DNA of 64,000 bases, taken from positions 66,466,001 through 66,530,000 of the forward strand of contig NW_024704742.1 of NCBI RefSeq assembly GCF_018977255.1. Reading direction: 5' to 3'. Below, one piece after another: positions 60,930 through 64,000 of the stretch. This DNA is from Callorhinchus milii (Eukaryota). The notes beneath the pieces were generated by a model. It saw only the letters and a program-made list of their open reading frames with translations. It was not told the origin of the DNA and did no database searches. The translations under genes were made by a program, and so were the position numbers. Every line of letters starts with the position of its first letter. Positions within the stretch are counted from its first letter, which is position 1.

Positions 60930-61435
60930 TGAAATAGGGTGGTTAGTGTGTTTTGCCTGGCAAGCAAAGGTTTCAATTCCCGGGCGGGGCAAAACCTTAC
61001 GCAAGTTTCCTTACTTCACACACCTCTGTCTATCTCGCAATAAGTAGGAACCCAGTTGTTAGTTGATTGGCAGATCCAAAAAAAATGTGGTCAGTCAATC
61101 CATGACTGTTTGTGGGTCACTGACATGTGCAATTGGCTGCTGTGTTACATCCACAAAATACACAGTCAATACACTTTAATATATGTTCTTACTCCAGACA
61201 CCTCTATATACCTTGCAATAAATAGGAACCCAATTGTTAGTTTATTGGCGGATTGCTCTCCGGAGGTAATAAGCGCTTCCAAAAAGAAAATTTGGTCACT
61301 CAATCAATTGGCTGCCGCATTTGGCCCACAAAATATACAGTCAATTCACTTTGCAATATATTCTGCAAGGCGTTTTGAGATGTTTCAAAGATGTGATAAA
61401 GCGCTAAAACAAATGCAAGGATTATTATTATTATT
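60930..61435 (+). mobile_element. SINE family B with duplicated internal segment
   Basis: The middle module cttact(t/c)ca...taggaaccc occurs at ~61010 and again at ~61188. Confidence 0.75.
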
Positions 61436-62649
61436 AAAACTACCAGGCAGCCAAGATGCCCAAATGCACCCAAGGACATACAGTATGTCCCTACACTCTA
61501 TAGCGACATTGTGCAACACTTCAAGTCTTTCAATGTTATAAACTCCATATCAAATGCAAGGATTATTATTACTGTAAGGAAGGCTGTCCTATGCACACAT
61601 TTTAATCGACTTGTTTTGAAGTCAAGCGGGTTGTGTAATCTGGATTTAAAGACAACTTTAAATTTGTTTGAGGCCTGATGGCACAAATCTGCAAGACATC
61701 TTCACTGCTCGAGCAAAACCAGCTGCCTCCAGCCCATAATCACACACAGCCTTTACAAGTCTCAGGCTTTATCTTCATTGCTCTTCCAGCATCTGAGATC
61801 TGTGAACATGATTAGCAATTCTTGTACGCAAGTTCTTCGCCAACCCTTAGTCTGAGAAATGCTTGATCAAAGGGCAGTTCTGATCTCTGGCTGAGATCAG
61901 AATTGTTTTAGTTTAGGAGGGTGTTAGAGATCTTTTTGTGTTTAGTTCCCCAGACATCATAATCAGGCTCTGGACAGACCACACCCTGAATACTGCATAC
62001 AGTCCTAATCACTGTGACATAAGGGGGCTGTTCAGGCCTAAGAGCAGAGCAACGAGGATAATCCTCAGTGTCAGAGGAATGAGCTGTGAGCAGTGATTGG
62101 ACAAACAGGGCTGTTCAGTCTTGAGAAAAGATGATTCATAGGGGATTTCATTGAACCGTATAAAATTTAAAATGGGATTGAAAACGTAAACCCAGTTCAA
62201 TACATTAGGATATTTCAAGAGGACATGGTTTACAACAACAACAACTTGCACTTATATAGTGCCTTCCATGCAGGGTAGTGTCTCAGAGCAGTTTAGAGTT
62301 GTAAAGGGCACTTTCAGACAGTCACCAGGAAGTTTCTCGTTTTACAGGGATTTCCTCTCTAAATCTGCTCCTTTTCTCCCTGCTGCCTTTAGCCATTGCC
62401 TTTGACCAACACCATGAAGTTTATCTTTCTCTCATGTCTCCTTAACGTCTCTGCTTCACTTTTCAAAGCATCAGTACTGTGGCAAAGGGGACATATGAGC
62501 AGAAGTCATTTTTCTTGCTCATATTGTATTTATATCAAGAATGTTATAATTTACAGCACTCAACCCGTTGAGACAATGCTGGTGCTAGCTCAGTATAAAG
62601 GCTCTTATGCCAATTCCTTGCTCTCTTCCCATTACTCAATATCCTCTCA

Positions 62650-62922
62650 TCCATCCTTCGGATGAGACTTTAATCAAGGTCCCATCCACCTATTCAGGTG
62701 AATGTTAAAGATCCCACGCAATTGTTTGAAAAAGGAAGGGAGGTTCTCCTGTGTCTTGGCCAACAACCCCCAAATAAAATTGACCATTAACTCCATGTCT
62801 GTTTATGGGATTGGCTGCTGGGTTTTGCCCACAAAATACACACTTCATAATATATCCCGTAAAGCGCTTTGAGACATCTTAATGAATTGATAAAACTCTA
62901 TGTCAAATACAAGAATTATTCT
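62650..62922 (+). mobile_element. SINE family A, 5'-truncated
   Basis: ccttcggatgagactttaatcaaggtcccatc...gttaaagatccca...aaatacaagaattatt. Confidence 0.75.
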
Positions 62923-63619
62923 TATTCTTACGGAGGCTTCAATTATTAAATATTCTCAGTGTGATGGTGGGACTGTGGTGTTTTTTTTAACCAAGCTCTT
63001 TAGTTGTGGCCAGGATGCTGGTCTTGTTTAAGAAATAGCTTGGGATCACTCTAATGGACGGAGTGAGTATTCTGGTGGGATGAGATCAAGTTGGCCGGGC
63101 CAAAGGATCTTCTTGACCTGAACATCTCGTAACCTTCCCTTTAACCCTTCACCATTTAACTGTAGTTTTGGTGAGGTCAGAGAGTTCATTCTGGCAAGGT
63201 GGAGGGGTTGGTGGGAGGGGAGAGGGGCATAAATGGACCTGTTGTCAACGCACTAAATGTCTCTGGTTCAGGTTTGAGAACATGTTACAGGCAGTACACT
63301 AGTCCTGTTGTTTTCTTGCCAAGGTGAGAGATTGTGCAACAGGAATCCTGTCTGTCTAGTGGTGTGGGAATGTGCTGGGTGAAAAAAAGTGCTGCGTTGT
63401 TCTGTTTGCAACAGTGGGAATCATTGACTCGGGGGGAAGGGGAAAAAGAAAATACCTTTTTTTTATTGCACCTATTCATCTCAGTGAGGCAACTCACAGG
63501 TAAATTGTTGTCAAGTGTAGTGGCTTGTATATTTGTAGACAAACTCGTCAGCTGTTTTCATCAGCAAGACCCCAAAACAGCCATGATGGGAACAAATCAT
63601 TAATCTGGAATCTGGCAGA

Positions 63620-63945
63620 TTGTTAGTGGCTGTGTATTCTATAAGTACACAGCAATGCCTCACAGTCAAGGAGTGAATGATCAATTTTACTTTGGGGATT
63701 TGTTCGCCAGGATACCAGGAGAAGCTGCCTTTTTTTTCCAATAGTGCCGTCAGATCTTTGATATCCATAAGAACAGGCAGATGGGATATAGTATAACATC
63801 TCAACCAAAAGCTGGGATACCAACGTTCCCCCAGCAGCAATACATCAGAGTGTCAGCCCATACTGTGTGTCGACAAAGTCCCAAAGTGGGGCTTGAATCC
63901 CAACCTGCTGCCTTAAAGGTGAGAGTGCTGCCAACTGAGCCTCAA
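63620..63945 (-). mobile_element. SINE family A
   Basis: gtgtcagccc...gtggggcttgaatcccaacc...gagagtgctgccaactgagcc. Confidence 0.75.
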
Positions 63946-64000
63946 CTAATTAAAACCAGTTCATGTTGTCGTGGATTCTTTTGTTTGTGGCATTTAATTT

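Noticed and set aside
61056..61541. 161-aa ORF and the many similar 60-130 aa ORFs with CLWD/NWLP/VKHFETS or MAVCGTLLCA words
   Set aside because: These are translations of SINE copies; their mutual similarity reflects the repeat, not a gene family.

Overview
This is eukaryotic, vertebrate-type genomic DNA. The SINE/LINE complement (SacSINE1/Deu-domain-like SINEs, CR1 and L2-clade LINE fragments) points to a cartilaginous fish, possibly a chimaera; that assignment is an inference. The only host coding sequence I can support is the terminal coding exon of FAM53A on the + strand (22599-22943, TLKNSKSLCSL...DLDLEQIENN*), followed by its 3' UTR. Positions 1-22598 are therefore probably one long intron, with the previous exon outside the window, and the region beyond about 23.8 kb is intergenic. 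The rest is dominated by mobile DNA: two tRNA-headed SINE families sharing an L2-type 3' tail, many 5'-truncated L2 and CR1 fragments, one ~3.1 kb decayed CR1 nested inside an L2 fragment, three short Tc1/mariner derivatives, one hAT MITE, an unassigned dispersed repeat of about 150-250 bp, and two minisatellites. I found no new gene system. The best second-look items are local templated duplications (possible repair scars), very long target-site-like duplications, the modular SINE architecture, and repeat-free motif-dense islands that may be conserved enhancers. Repeat boundaries were read by eye and are approximate, and not every SINE fragment is listed.
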